Assembly (NCBI GenBank): GCA_004764695.1
Contig: SMSO01000032.1
Span: forward strand, 7,410,483-7,474,482
Source of the DNA: Schizochytrium sp. TIO01
Taxonomy: Eukaryota; Protista; Bigyra: Labyrinthulomycetes
Direction of reading: 5' to 3'
DNA length: 64,000 bases
Shown piece by piece: positions 11,271-22,400 of this stretch (position 1 is the first letter of the stretch; every line of letters starts with the position of its first letter). The position numbers and the translations under genes were made by a program. The notes under the pieces were generated by a model that had not been told where the DNA came from, ran no database searches, and worked only from the letters and a program-made list of their open reading frames with translations.

Positions 11271-12059
11271 TTAGTCGCCGTTGTCACCAGTGTCTGCGGC
11301 CCCGGCCCCGCCGGCACCAGCACCCGCTCCAGCGCCACCAGCGCTCTTGTCATCCACTGGCAGAGCAGATTGTATTGGTGCAACCTGCAGCACGAGCTGA
11401 AGGTTCATGAGCATGATATAGGCAAAAATCAGGAAGCCAAGGATAAAAAGAAGCTTGACCAAGGTCGAGTCGCGCACGCCGGAAAGGTCCTGCATTGCGT
11501 CACGAATAAAGGGCCCCCAACCATTGTCACCACCTTTACCACTGCCCTTAGACTTGGACTTGGACTTGGACGACTCTTTGCTACTCTTGCCACTGCTACT
11601 AATCGTAATTGCCACCTCGTCGGAGCTCTTCTTCTTGCTACCGCCGCTACTACCGCCACCACTTTCCTTATCCTTCGACTTGCGAGAGGTAATGGACTTG
11701 CCTGACTTGCCTGCCCGAGATCTGGCAAGGCCGCTGGCATCTACATCCACGTCCACAATGGTCTCCATTGACAAAGGCTTCAAGATGTTCTCAGATACAT
11801 TCTCAGAATCCTTCTGCTCCTCAACTTCGACCTCAATTGCTTTAAGCTCATATTTTGCAGGCTTCTTCTTTGACTTTTTTGATACGTCGACCACCACCGG
11901 CTCCGAGATCTTGGCCTGCACTGCCTCGCGACCTGCGCCGCTTGAGAGAGTTTTGGCCAAACCCGTAAGCTCATGTCCATTGTCAGCATTAACACTGTGA
12001 GCAGGGATTCTCACAGCTAGTCGAGGCATCGCAGATACTGCAGCTGCTGCGGGCGCCAT
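11271..12059 (-). CDS. Uncharacterised K/S/G-rich protein with one C-proximal transmembrane helix
   Basis: ATG at 12059 (track start 12092 is TTG); hydrophobic LVKLLFILGFLIFAYIMLMNL; coding-like composition. Confidence 0.7.
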   Translation of the reverse strand: MAPAAAAVSAMPRLAVRIPAHSVNADNGHELTGLAKTLSSGAGREAVQAKISEPVVVDVSKKSKKKPAKYELKAIEVEVEEQKDSENVSENILKPLSMETIVDVDVDASGLARSRAGKSGKSITSRKSKDKESGGGSSGGSKKKSSDEVAITISSSGKSSKESSKSKSKSKGSGKGGDNGWGPFIRDAMQDLSGVRDSTLVKLLFILGFLIFAYIMLMNLQLVLQVAPIQSALPVDDKSAGGAGAGAGAGGAGAADTGDNGD

Positions 12060-12403
12060 GTTGAAGCTAGTTGAAGTGAAGATGTAACGCAATAGTGTTG
12101 CGTGTTCCTACTTACGGTAGGCACACCTTCGTGAAGAGAAGTCGTGCAGCGGTTTTGGCCAGTGGCCGAGTCCTTGCAAACGGCACGGTCTGCTTCCCGG
12201 CCGCTTCGAAGGATGCAGAACTCGAGCGTTTTGGCTTCTCCGCCAGAGGACTATCACCGGAGTCGATGGGACTCTGATGATAGTCTGGACAGCGCGCGCC
12301 AGTTTGTTTGATTAAATTAGACAAATTTTTATGAAAGACAACACATAGTATTTTTTATGGTAAAACAATAGCAATACAATGATAAACATTGTTTTCAGGA
12401 GCA

Positions 12404-12562
12404 GGAGATTGGAATTCGTCTTATGTTGAGGAAAGTTATCTTGGACTTTATGCAAAGGAAAAACTTGCGGAGTAGAGATGGGATGAACTTGAGATCATCA
12501 ACATTACAAACATATGGAAGGATGCAAATACGTTTAAATTCGACAAATACTTCAAGACATGA
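12404..12562 (+). mobile_element. Possible decayed hAT transposase fragment
   Basis: Reads GDWNSSY / MLRKVIL ... LAE*RWDELEIINITNIWKDANT with a frameshift and a stop, resembling the hAT RWNSxYxML...EWxxLxxIxxILxxFxxAT segment. Confidence 0.25.
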
Positions 12563-13406
12563 GCTTAACTACAAGGAGGCATAACAAACTATGGCATGTA
12601 TTTGTACAATGCCTGATTTAAGACTAACGCAGAACAATGTGCTCAGAACCGTAAATTCAATATATTTATATATATTTAATGGATCAGTTATGCATTCAAG
12701 TTATCATTTTATAGTTTCAAAAGTAGCGGAGCCTCGCTAAAATCAGAAAGAGTTAAACGTATGCTTGAAGGGTGATGAATGACAACTTCCAATTTAACTT
12801 GAAAGTCTTCGCTACGAAACAATCACATAGAGCACACTTTCAGCCCCACCTTGTTTTAATCTAAGTTGATTAGATGGGTATCTTTACGGTTGAGAATTTT
12901 GGCGAAACTACTGTTTTTGCTTGGTCTATTTCTTGCTGCACATTTTCTGTGACCTGTTTCTTTTCAGAACGAATGTTTCCATGTAGAAAGCATCAATACT
13001 TTAGTGGTAAATAGGAGGTAGTCATACAGTCTGGATAGCGCTATCAGCTGCAGCTTTGTCACAAACGTGGGTCACTGGGTCTCAATAATTCCTTATTCCT
13101 TGACAGCTTAAAGATCTTCGGAATCACTAGGTAGGCCGACCTATAGAACTACTAGCGAGCTACATGGTAGTATTGGCATTGCCTAGTAGTACCTACTCTA
13201 AGATGATACGACTACAACGAGGTAATACTGAGGTTATCATGCGATCAAATGATCGTGTTGAGAGAGTCCGACCTAACGCTGGAGTGCTCCGTAGCAGAAC
13301 CAAAACATTGAAACAGCGCTGGTGTATATTAGCATCGAAGACCTCGAGGGATACCTGGGTTTACAAGTATCGCTAGTTTCACAGTCAGGAGAAGTTGTCA
13401 AGCGAA

Positions 13407-14291
13407 ATGCGAGTTACTGCGTTGGGAGCCAAGCAAGTACTACAGCGCAGAAGCACTCCAACTGTGCAAATTCTGCGGAATATGTCATCGTCGACGACAT
13501 CAAGAGCATCAGGAAATGAGCTCAATGTAGATCTGTTCGAGGATGGGCGCCTGGCACGAGTGAGTTTTGCTCGGCCGCAGCGAATGAATGCGCTTAGCTT
13601 TCCTATGGGAGATGCCTTGCTCAACCTCGACAAGAATTTGGAGGAATCTGTTTTGAGCGTGGTGATCACTGGAGAAGGAGGCCGTGCATTTAGCACAGGC
13701 CGCGATCTAAAAGACAGCAAGTCCCATACGCCTGAACAAGCGGACGCATATATGAAGTTGGCGCGCGATACCGTTCTTGCAATTAAAGCAATGTCTCGGC
13801 CAACAGTAGCAGCTGTCAATGGTTTTGCATTTGGATGGGGCATGGAGGTTGCTCTTGCTTGCGACCTTAGAGTCGTAAACAAAGAAGCAACTCTGTGCTT
13901 TCCAGAGTGTGGTCTCGGGATTTTCCCGGGAGCCATGGGAACGGTTCTTCTCCCCCGCTTAGTTGGACCAGCCATCGCTAAGGATCTAATCCTCACGAGT
14001 CGCAGATTCTTGGGTCAAGAAGCCTTTGAGCTTGGTGTGGCAAACCGGGTAGCGGAGAATGCTGAGCAGTGTGTTGATATTGCTATGGAGCTTGCAGGAC
14101 AAATTTCTAACAACGCGCCTCTTGGAATTAAGGGTGCCTGTACCGTTATTGACGAAGGTCTTGACCTCAGTTTTGCTGAGCATGCCGCACTTTCTGACAA
14201 GCATCGTTTTCCTCTCAATGACACCGAGGACTTTAAGGAGGCTCTTGTTGCATTTGCAGAAGGTCGTAAACCGAGCTTCAAGGGCCGCTAA
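13407..14291 (+). CDS. Enoyl-CoA hydratase/isomerase (crotonase family), probably mitochondrial
   Basis: AFSTGRDLK, AAVNGFAFGWGMEVALACDLRV and PECGLGIFPGAMGT, with both catalytic Glu positions present; C-terminal AFAEGRKPSFKGR; R/S/T-rich presequence. First ATG is 13407. Confidence 0.95.
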   Translation: MRVTALGAKQVLQRRSTPTVQILRNMSSSTTSRASGNELNVDLFEDGRLARVSFARPQRMNALSFPMGDALLNLDKNLEESVLSVVITGEGGRAFSTGRDLKDSKSHTPEQADAYMKLARDTVLAIKAMSRPTVAAVNGFAFGWGMEVALACDLRVVNKEATLCFPECGLGIFPGAMGTVLLPRLVGPAIAKDLILTSRRFLGQEAFELGVANRVAENAEQCVDIAMELAGQISNNAPLGIKGACTVIDEGLDLSFAEHAALSDKHRFPLNDTEDFKEALVAFAEGRKPSFKGR

Positions 14292-14510
14292 GTTTTGCTC
14301 TTTCATGTTTCCATCAGCATTCCTGATTTCCTTCTTAAGTTATAAGTTATTCGCTACATTACAAGAATTGTAACACCCTTGTTTACATTAAACTTGGTGG
14401 AAAGTTTTTAAGAAAAGAAGAAAAAATCCTAGTTGAGTTCGCGTTTGTATCTAGCGGTGTGGCTCAATAACATAAGTATAATTGTACAATTGAAGAATTT
14501 TGATTACCAA

Positions 14511-14837
14511 TTAGGATATTTTAGAATTTCGTTCTTCAGAGTGGCAACCTTTGCAAATGAGAGCCCAACTCGAGAGCACAGGCAGCATCAGATTGTAATC
14601 TTCCATGATTTGAAGTGAATGCATGTGCCTGAAGTCATAGTCCATAAATGTCAGTCCAATCTCAAGAGCCAATAACAACCAGTCACAATTATCGTGTAGA
14701 ACGTTTGGAACAATAAAATTGTAAACGCTGGGGAGCAAAAATAAACCAAATAAGGCTGTCTCTGCGGGTCTCTCAAGTCAGAGTTGAATCAACCAGTACA
14801 GTACTTCATTAGTCATCGTGGTTACCTGCGGAGAAAT
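14511..14837 (-). pseudogene. Possible decayed Ulp1/SENP-like (clan CE) cysteine protease fragment
   Basis: One frame with a stop at 14778-14780: ISPQVTTMTNEVLYWLIQL*...FIVPNVLHDNCDWLLLALEIGLTFMDYD. Compare Ulp1 WLNDEVINFY...IFIPxxxNxHWxLxVID...YYDS; the catalytic His position reads Asp. Confidence 0.35.
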
Positions 14838-15123
14838 ACAGAGGCTAACCTTCCTGCTAATCTTTTAAGCTGTCCGGCGCTCAAAGGTTTTGGTGTCACA
14901 AAAGTTGTTGGCATCATCGCAAGTATTTCGACAGCATTCTCGTCTTCTTCAAGCTGTCAACTTTTACAGAGAAAAAAACTCAAGGTTTTGCTGGGACACT
15001 CAGTAGTTATACAAAAGCGAGCTTGGCCAATTTGGTTGTGTGTGCAAAAGTCTAATTAAGCCAAGAGTGTTGGAAAGGGTCGCTTGGAAAGGGTCGCTCA
15101 CTACGGACTATTCCATACATTCT

Positions 15124-15561
15124 ATGTCATCGTCTTCCAGCCATAGCGAGAAGGACCATAAGAAGCGACGATGCACAGTCCACATAAGTGAAGAGCAGGC
15201 TAAGGAAATTGAGGAACTTGTGAATCAAGAAGGCTCGTCCTTTCAAAGGCGTTTCGCGGTATTTCTTAAAGAAGCCTTGCACCATGCTAAAATTGCACAC
15301 AGTAAAGGCTTATTTCAAGCTGAACCTGTCCTTTCACCAGCAGCAAGACGGCAAATGCTTTCTCGAAAGAAGCGTAAGCAACGAGAGACAGCATCCGAAT
15401 CTCTTGCTCCCCAGGATATCACTTTAGCACCCCCCCTCAATCGAGATGCACCGCGAGGTTCCCCACTGAAAACAACAAGCAATCAACCAGATATGAAAAA
15501 AAAAGCTGCAAAGTCAGACAATGAGAATGGCGATAGGCTGCACAAGGGTGTCTCGCACTAG
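15124..15561 (+). CDS. Small orphan protein with a ribbon-helix-helix-like motif and basic NLS-like stretch
   Basis: ATG at 15124 gives 145 aa; KRRCTVHISEEQAKEIEELVNQEGSS...FLKEAL; SRKKRKQR. Confidence 0.55.
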   Translation: MSSSSSHSEKDHKKRRCTVHISEEQAKEIEELVNQEGSSFQRRFAVFLKEALHHAKIAHSKGLFQAEPVLSPAARRQMLSRKKRKQRETASESLAPQDITLAPPLNRDAPRGSPLKTTSNQPDMKKKAAKSDNENGDRLHKGVSH

Positions 15562-15708
15562 AGCATAAGATAGAACAGCATTATGCCTTCATGTACATTG
15601 GATTACTGTAGAGTATTTAAAAAGAGGAATCTACGAGAGTGTCTGTTTTCCTTTCTTAAAACAAACGAAATTAAGCAATAGGTTCGGCTAAAGCTTAGAC
15701 TGGGCATC

Positions 15709-18663
15709 TTAAGGTAGTGAAATAAGTTCATGAATGAACTTGCGGCGTTCTGCCCTAGGATCCACTTTTGATTCTGCCAACTTGCTCTCTTCACTTGCGT
15801 TGACGAGCCCATGTAAAAGATCATCTTGGCTATCGCCACCTTCAACTCCTGTAGACACTGAATTTCTGGCAGATTTCGCATCAGGAGCAGCAGATGATCT
15901 CTCGCCGTCATTCGATTGAGAGTCCGTACAGTCTGTCTCGTTTGTTTCGGGTTCATCGAATTTGGGCATACGAGCCAGCATCAGGGTTTGTCGATGACGT
16001 TGCGAGCGTTTGAGAGTCTCATCCAGAACGGGTCTTGTAAAAGGAACATTCCAGAAGGGGCTTCTGTGGATCCCTCGACCTGCTCCAGTGATTAGCGAGC
16101 CGTATGGTGCCCCAGTATTGAGACTAAAAGCCTTTACACAACAATCATAACTTGATGTAACAACAAGTTGTAGCTTGAAACAAACGTCGACACATGAAAT
16201 TCCATCATCGTGGGCACTTGATTGGGTCCAGGCCTCTTTCACAATGAGCTCACCTGATCTATCTCGAGAAATATGGTATGCTCGAATTGAGCCAAATTCG
16301 TCGCCAGTGACGAGAAGCCGCAGTTGTGGCTCGTATGCCATAGATAGAATCACACTAAGCTCTTGGCCTTTATGTTCGCCACGCTGCCGCAAATTGGGCA
16401 CCTCAAGCTCAGCAGGACCACCATGATCCTTTAAAGGAACTGTCCAAAGTGATAGGACTCCGGATCGGTCGGATGTTACAACGCAATCTGCTTGTGGAAC
16501 GAACTTGACAGAGGTGAGATCCGCGCTACAAAACACTTTACCGTGAAGCTTCCCACTTTCGAAATTCCATAACCTCACAGACTTGTCCAACGAGCCTGTG
16601 ACGATGAGTGCTGACTTAGGATCGTAATCTGTACAAGAAATATCCCCATCGTGAAGAAATAAACGATCCATTTCACGCAGTTTCACACCATGCTCTGGAT
16701 CAAGTTCATTGTGTAGAACAATGCTGCGATCCCAAGAAACAGATAAAAGGATCTTATGTCCTTGACAATAGGTAATTTTAGAGACTTCAGCATCATGAGG
16801 ATCCAATGTTTTCATGAGTGCACCACTGGTGTAGTTAAAAACGTAAATGTTTCCAGCATGATCTCCTAGAAGGAATTTTCGTTGGCGATCATCCATGCAC
16901 ATAGTAGTGATATCACTAGGCATCAGATTTTCGAAGCGTCGTAATTGCTTGCCCGTAAAGAGGTCCCACATTTTGACACTGCGTCCTGTTGCAGTAATTA
17001 TAGTTAGGGTAACTGTATTAATGCAGACAGCAACAACAGGAATGTCTTCTGCAACCTTATTTGTAACAGGATCACATTGGTCAAAGAGTTCGATTGAACG
17101 AGCTCCTGCTACCAACCGACTCATATATGGGGCTTCGTTTCCCTTATGGGAACTCAAAGCAGGCTCTGCATCTTCCTTGTTTTCTGAAATATCACGTCGC
17201 TGGCGCTGGCGTTCCATGAGCTGCATATCGAATCCTCGTGCAACTGTGAATGAACTCATACCTTCAAGTGTATGTGGAGGATCATCTGTAAAGGTTTGAA
17301 GACATTGAAAGTTGCGTAGGTCCCACATCTTAAAAGTTCCACTCGCATCACCCGTAATGATTTCATGAGCGGAACCAGGGACGCCATGGATCTCTACAAG
17401 CGAATCTTGATGGCCTTTCAGTTTATAAGTAAGAATCGGTGAAAATGGAGTCCACACGTACGCCTCATGATCAATTCCACCTGTAACTAATAATTTATGC
17501 TCTTTGTTATACATTGCTGAATAAACACCACTCTCATGCCCTGCAAGGCGCTGCCGCTTTGCACAAACATGCAAGTCCCATACATACACCATCGTATCCA
17601 TGCCGCCCGAGGCGATACAATCCAGGTCGTCGAGATGTACCAGACAAGAAGTTATATCCTTGTGAGCGTTCATAATACATGCTCTTTCACTTCGCGCTTC
17701 GACATCCCAAGCGTGGACAAGACCCATGACACTCGCACTAAAAAGCATGCGGTAGCGGTCAACCCAACACAGAGCTGCCTGAGCATGGGGTGTCGGCCAT
17801 AATGACTTCACCGTGAATTGACGCTCGCCAGGGGCTAGATCCCAGAGACAAATGGTTGAGTTTGAACATGCTGTAGCCAGGAATCCAGGAATTAAGCGCG
17901 AACCTCGTTTTATTGGACTTGTAATGTACTCAGCGCAAATAGGAATACCTTTGTTGCCCTCCAGGCGACCGAATGAGCTTGTAAGGTCTTGCGCATCGTA
18001 AAGGTGTACAGTTCTCGAGTGATTACGTAATACTGCGACAGTGTCTAATTCATCAACGTAAAGCATTTGCTTTACTCGATTTTCTTCAGTTGGTCGACCA
18101 TCTCCAAGATCAGGTACATATTTAAATGGCACAGTAAAGTTATCTTCTACCAATGTTGCGCTTGTATGATTCGTAGTAAACACTGTCGACTTTTCAACAA
18201 TAAAGGCTGTCAACTCGTTCCATTCCATGGTACCATCTCCATTTACATCAATCTCTTGAAATAGCTCGCAGAGATCACCTTCACACATTTTGGGCAGATG
18301 ACATTTCATAATTGTGACAAATTGTGCCAAATCTACCTCACCTTCACCGATGCGCTGAAAATCACTTCGTAATTTATCCATGCATTTATTGTCTAAATGT
18401 TTCATGATTTCATGGACCAGACCTTGGGAGTAAGCCTTCACTGTCGCACATTGTGATCGGGGCGATAAATAGCTGTGTCGCCGAAGCAAGCGTGTGCTAG
18501 CGTCCTCATCATCGTCACTAGATTCTGAGTCACTGTTGCTTTTGCTGTCATCGTCGCTATCGCTGTTACTTTCAGCTTGACTGCGTTGTTTGCTTGCCGA
18601 TAGAAGGAGATCGAAGGACGTTTTCTCCTCATCAAACGTGAGTCCTTGGGAGTATTTTGACAT
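15709..18663 (-). CDS. EF-hand + WD40 repeat protein (WDR49/WDR64/WDY-like, ciliary)
   Basis: EF-hand FQEIDVNGDGTMEWNEL followed by many GH...WD repeats (e.g. LKGHQDSL...FKMWDLRNFQCLQTF). First ATG is 18663. Confidence 0.9.
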   Translation of the reverse strand: MSKYSQGLTFDEEKTSFDLLLSASKQRSQAESNSDSDDDSKSNSDSESSDDDEDASTRLLRRHSYLSPRSQCATVKAYSQGLVHEIMKHLDNKCMDKLRSDFQRIGEGEVDLAQFVTIMKCHLPKMCEGDLCELFQEIDVNGDGTMEWNELTAFIVEKSTVFTTNHTSATLVEDNFTVPFKYVPDLGDGRPTEENRVKQMLYVDELDTVAVLRNHSRTVHLYDAQDLTSSFGRLEGNKGIPICAEYITSPIKRGSRLIPGFLATACSNSTICLWDLAPGERQFTVKSLWPTPHAQAALCWVDRYRMLFSASVMGLVHAWDVEARSERACIMNAHKDITSCLVHLDDLDCIASGGMDTMVYVWDLHVCAKRQRLAGHESGVYSAMYNKEHKLLVTGGIDHEAYVWTPFSPILTYKLKGHQDSLVEIHGVPGSAHEIITGDASGTFKMWDLRNFQCLQTFTDDPPHTLEGMSSFTVARGFDMQLMERQRQRRDISENKEDAEPALSSHKGNEAPYMSRLVAGARSIELFDQCDPVTNKVAEDIPVVAVCINTVTLTIITATGRSVKMWDLFTGKQLRRFENLMPSDITTMCMDDRQRKFLLGDHAGNIYVFNYTSGALMKTLDPHDAEVSKITYCQGHKILLSVSWDRSIVLHNELDPEHGVKLREMDRLFLHDGDISCTDYDPKSALIVTGSLDKSVRLWNFESGKLHGKVFCSADLTSVKFVPQADCVVTSDRSGVLSLWTVPLKDHGGPAELEVPNLRQRGEHKGQELSVILSMAYEPQLRLLVTGDEFGSIRAYHISRDRSGELIVKEAWTQSSAHDDGISCVDVCFKLQLVVTSSYDCCVKAFSLNTGAPYGSLITGAGRGIHRSPFWNVPFTRPVLDETLKRSQRHRQTLMLARMPKFDEPETNETDCTDSQSNDGERSSAAPDAKSARNSVSTGVEGGDSQDDLLHGLVNASEESKLAESKVDPRAERRKFIHELISLP

Positions 18664-19474
18664 TCTTCTTGATTTATGAAAAGTTAGTTTACGAAACCCA
18701 GATGAGTAGAGAAAGCTGTCGCCCAAGGCGCAAGGTTTTCCTGTATTGTATTGATCGGTGCTCTTCTTGATTAAGTTTTCATTAGCGTCGTACGCTCATC
18801 CGCTTTAGAAGGAAGGCATTGGAAGCTACTGCCCCTAAGTAGAATAGAAATGTTTCAGGGGCTAGTAGCAGTAACACACCCCTTCCACTGCATCATAAAG
18901 AGTTCCCAATTTATTAATATTATTATTATTATTATTTTCAGCATATTGGTTCACCGCGGTTGGTACAATTGCCACTAGATCCTACCTTTATAATGTCAAT
19001 CTAGTTCTTCTGACTTGTCATTACAGTTTTATTGGCTTCATGATATAAACAACAAAACCTTCAGTAACTCATTCTTTCAAGGGATAGGAGATCATATGCC
19101 AACATAAATTTGTTTCAAACCGCTGACTGTCAAAAAATATCAAATATCGACCACGAGCACAGGGATCGCAGGTTAGTAAGATATAGTACAGACCACGAAC
19201 AATCCGTTGAGAACATCTGAAATCTCAAGATCTTTAGTAACTTTTGGAACATATGGAACTAGGCGCGACCAATTTTGCAGAAGAAGGAATCACTCTCTGC
19301 AGTGCCCATTTAGCATTTTCTAGGTGGGTGTGAACTAGCCCAAACTACTCCACGTGGAGTGAAATCTGTCTGGGCTATCATAAGCTTGTGTTTTGAGGGC
19401 TTTTAGCATTTCTTGGCTCCTCAATTCGCCCTTCAGATCAGTTCAGGTCCCAGGAAACAAGTCAAGTTGGCAAC

Positions 19475-22400
19475 ATGAAGGCTCGTGTGCAGGGTAGCAG
19501 CAATGCAAGCTTTGAGGAGGCAGTAACCGTGAATCAGAGGGGTCTTATTGACAAGATCCTGGCACGGTATTCCACAGAGCTTACACTTTTTCGGGAGCTC
19601 TTGCAAAATGCGAACGATGCTAAAGCTACGGAGCTTCAGATTAGATTTTCAGGAACAGGATACTGGGATGATCATGAGGAGACGAATCTTGCGCGGGATG
19701 ACAGTATAATCGGAGGTGTAACTCATGTGAAAACTCAAGACGGGATAGGGTCATCAAAAATTAGCACAGGTTCAATTGCTGGTAACGCACAGGAGTTGAA
19801 CCACCAGCAATCCCAACAAAGGCGCCGTAATAGAGCTATGGAAGATGAAGAGCGGAGCTTCACAGGTCTACGTCTTTGTAACAATGGCATGGTATTTCGT
19901 AGTGAGGACTGGAACCGCATCAAGAGTATTGCAGATGGTAACCCTGATGAAACTAAGGTGGGTTTCTTTGGTGTGGGCTTCTATTCAGTTTTTAGTCTCT
20001 CAGACGAACCCACAGTCCTTTCTGGCCCAAAGGCTTTATCATTCCATTGGAAAAAGGATGCTCTCTTTGTGACTCATGGCGCTCCTCCGGAAGCTCGGGA
20101 TGACGATCCTGAGGAAGATAAAATCATGTTCAAAATGGTACAGGATGAAGGCTGGACTGTGTTTGACTTGCCTGTGCGTTCTGACCCGCCCAAACCAAAG
20201 CTACCAACTCCCAAAGAGCTGGCAGATTTTTTGGTACGCTGTCTCACATTTACCACGACTCTCGAGCTTGTAGAGGTGTATTATGATGGACGGCGCGTGC
20301 TTTCTGTAGGGCGTGAGAGCACTAGCGATGTAACCTCGATGAGGGTCGGGTCTCAAGCATCCATGCCACAGGGTAGTATGTTTCGTTTTCAAGATGCTAG
20401 GACAGAACCTCTTCGTTACGCAATTCAGCATTATGATCGCCCAGCACCTGTAGTAGTAGAAATGATGAGAGTTTTGTCAAACTTTTCAGTCCATGTAGAT
20501 GAAAGCTTCAGAGCGGCAATGTTCCGCGTCACAAAGAAAAATCCACCACGCCAGGTTGGAGTTCAACTTATTTTTGACACAGGCAAAGCATTGCAAACCT
20601 CCGCCACAGCTGCATCATGGAAAGACTTGGAATCTTTTTCACCAGCTTCGGCTCGAGGTGGTCACTTTTTCATTGGCTCAGGTGTCACTCAGCAGACTAC
20701 TGGCTCAAAGTGTCATTGCAATGCACCATTCATGCCTACAATGGAGCGTAATTCAATGGACTTATCAGATATCACACTTGCAACGTGGAACCGAGCTCTT
20801 CTCTGGGCTACAGGTTTTCTTCAGCGCATCACATTTGAGCACCTGTGTGCCCCAGATCAGGGCGTGGCTTTTCAGTCTCGAATTGCCCCCCCACCAGCAG
20901 CAAGGTCCGGACTTCAAAACGGTAGCGGGGAAGCTGTCTCAGCAACGACTAGAAAACGAAATGAGAAGCTTTCTGCACTTTTTGCATCTTATGATGCAGA
21001 AGAAGTATCCCAACATCAACAACAGCAAAAGGAAATGCAACAGCATCATAGCTCTACTCAAAGCTCCCAAGGCGCACAGGGCGAAGAAGCTACAGGTGCA
21101 ACAAGTGTACCTCGGAATAAGGATACAAAATCTTTACAGCAAGAAAAGCGTATCCGTGTTCTCTCTGCAATGGCTACATTTGCTATCAAAGAAACAACGC
21201 CTGTGCAGCAGGTAGGTGATATTGTTCTAGCTGGATTTTACAATGCTCTTAAAGAAACACCATATGTTTGGACAACCATGGGTGTTCGTAGAGCAACGCA
21301 TGCGCGTATCAAAGACCGCACTGGTCTACATGAGATCGTTTATCATGCTGCTTCTATAGTCGATCTTCCTTCAGAAGTCCCCGGTCAAACCTCTGGTTCG
21401 CAAGCCGCAAAAGGTTTATCTTCAGTCGCCGATACACTTGCCAAGCAGGCGCGTTCAGCTATGGGCTTTTTTTCCTCCTTCATGGGGTCAGATAGTCAGC
21501 AAACTAATGACTCTTCATCTGTAAAGACTCGAAAAAGTGAAGCACCAATAAAAGAGTCACTTGCAGTGCTTTGCAAGCGTTTTGTCAAGGAGCTTAAACA
21601 ACGAAGGTTATTGCGAGAACTTGACGTGCGCGATCTTGCTGCAGAACTTCAAGCTCGCCCGCTGAAAGACAACGAGGAGGTTATCAAATTGCTGCGGTGG
21701 TTACTTACGCGAGAACGTACACTGCGTCAATTGCGGGAGGAAGCAGCTGCTGATCGCGTAACATGCTTTTGTGATTGGTGCGGCAATCAGATAGTGGTCA
21801 CTCTTGAGGCTCTTCGTAGAGATATCCAGCGTCAAAAAGAGGCAGCTCAATCTCAAGGTTTTTTTAGTCGAGTTACCGCGAGCCTGACAGGCGGCAACGG
21901 CAACGATGATATTCAAGTGTCGTTAGAGTGCTCGCGATGCCAACAGATTTCATTTGTTAACCCGCACGAAGTCATCAGTTCGCTGAGCCAGGTGCAAGCT
22001 GCGACATCGCTCCCAAACAACAAGTTACTGGGCATGGCACGCACGACTGAGGGCAAACATTTATCTTCATATTCAAGATTTATCAGCAATACACTTCAGA
22101 AACGCATCAAAGCTTCGAGTGACAAGGGAATGCCTGAGCGCCTTGAAAAGGCGTTTTGGTCATCGAGAAGTACCCAGCAGAATGTTCTTCCACTGAGAAT
22201 TTCACAAGAATTTAAGGACGAGGAGCTTTATGGTGTTGCGCAATGGGTGAATCCCCTATCATGGCAGGATTGGTGCAACGTATGTATTTCAGTTGCCAGA
22301 AACGCTCCTCGAGTTCAGGCCTCCCAGAACACAAAGGCAGCATCTTCAACTACCAATGCAGATTTAGGTCAAAACGCTTCTGCTGATGATGCTACCATAG

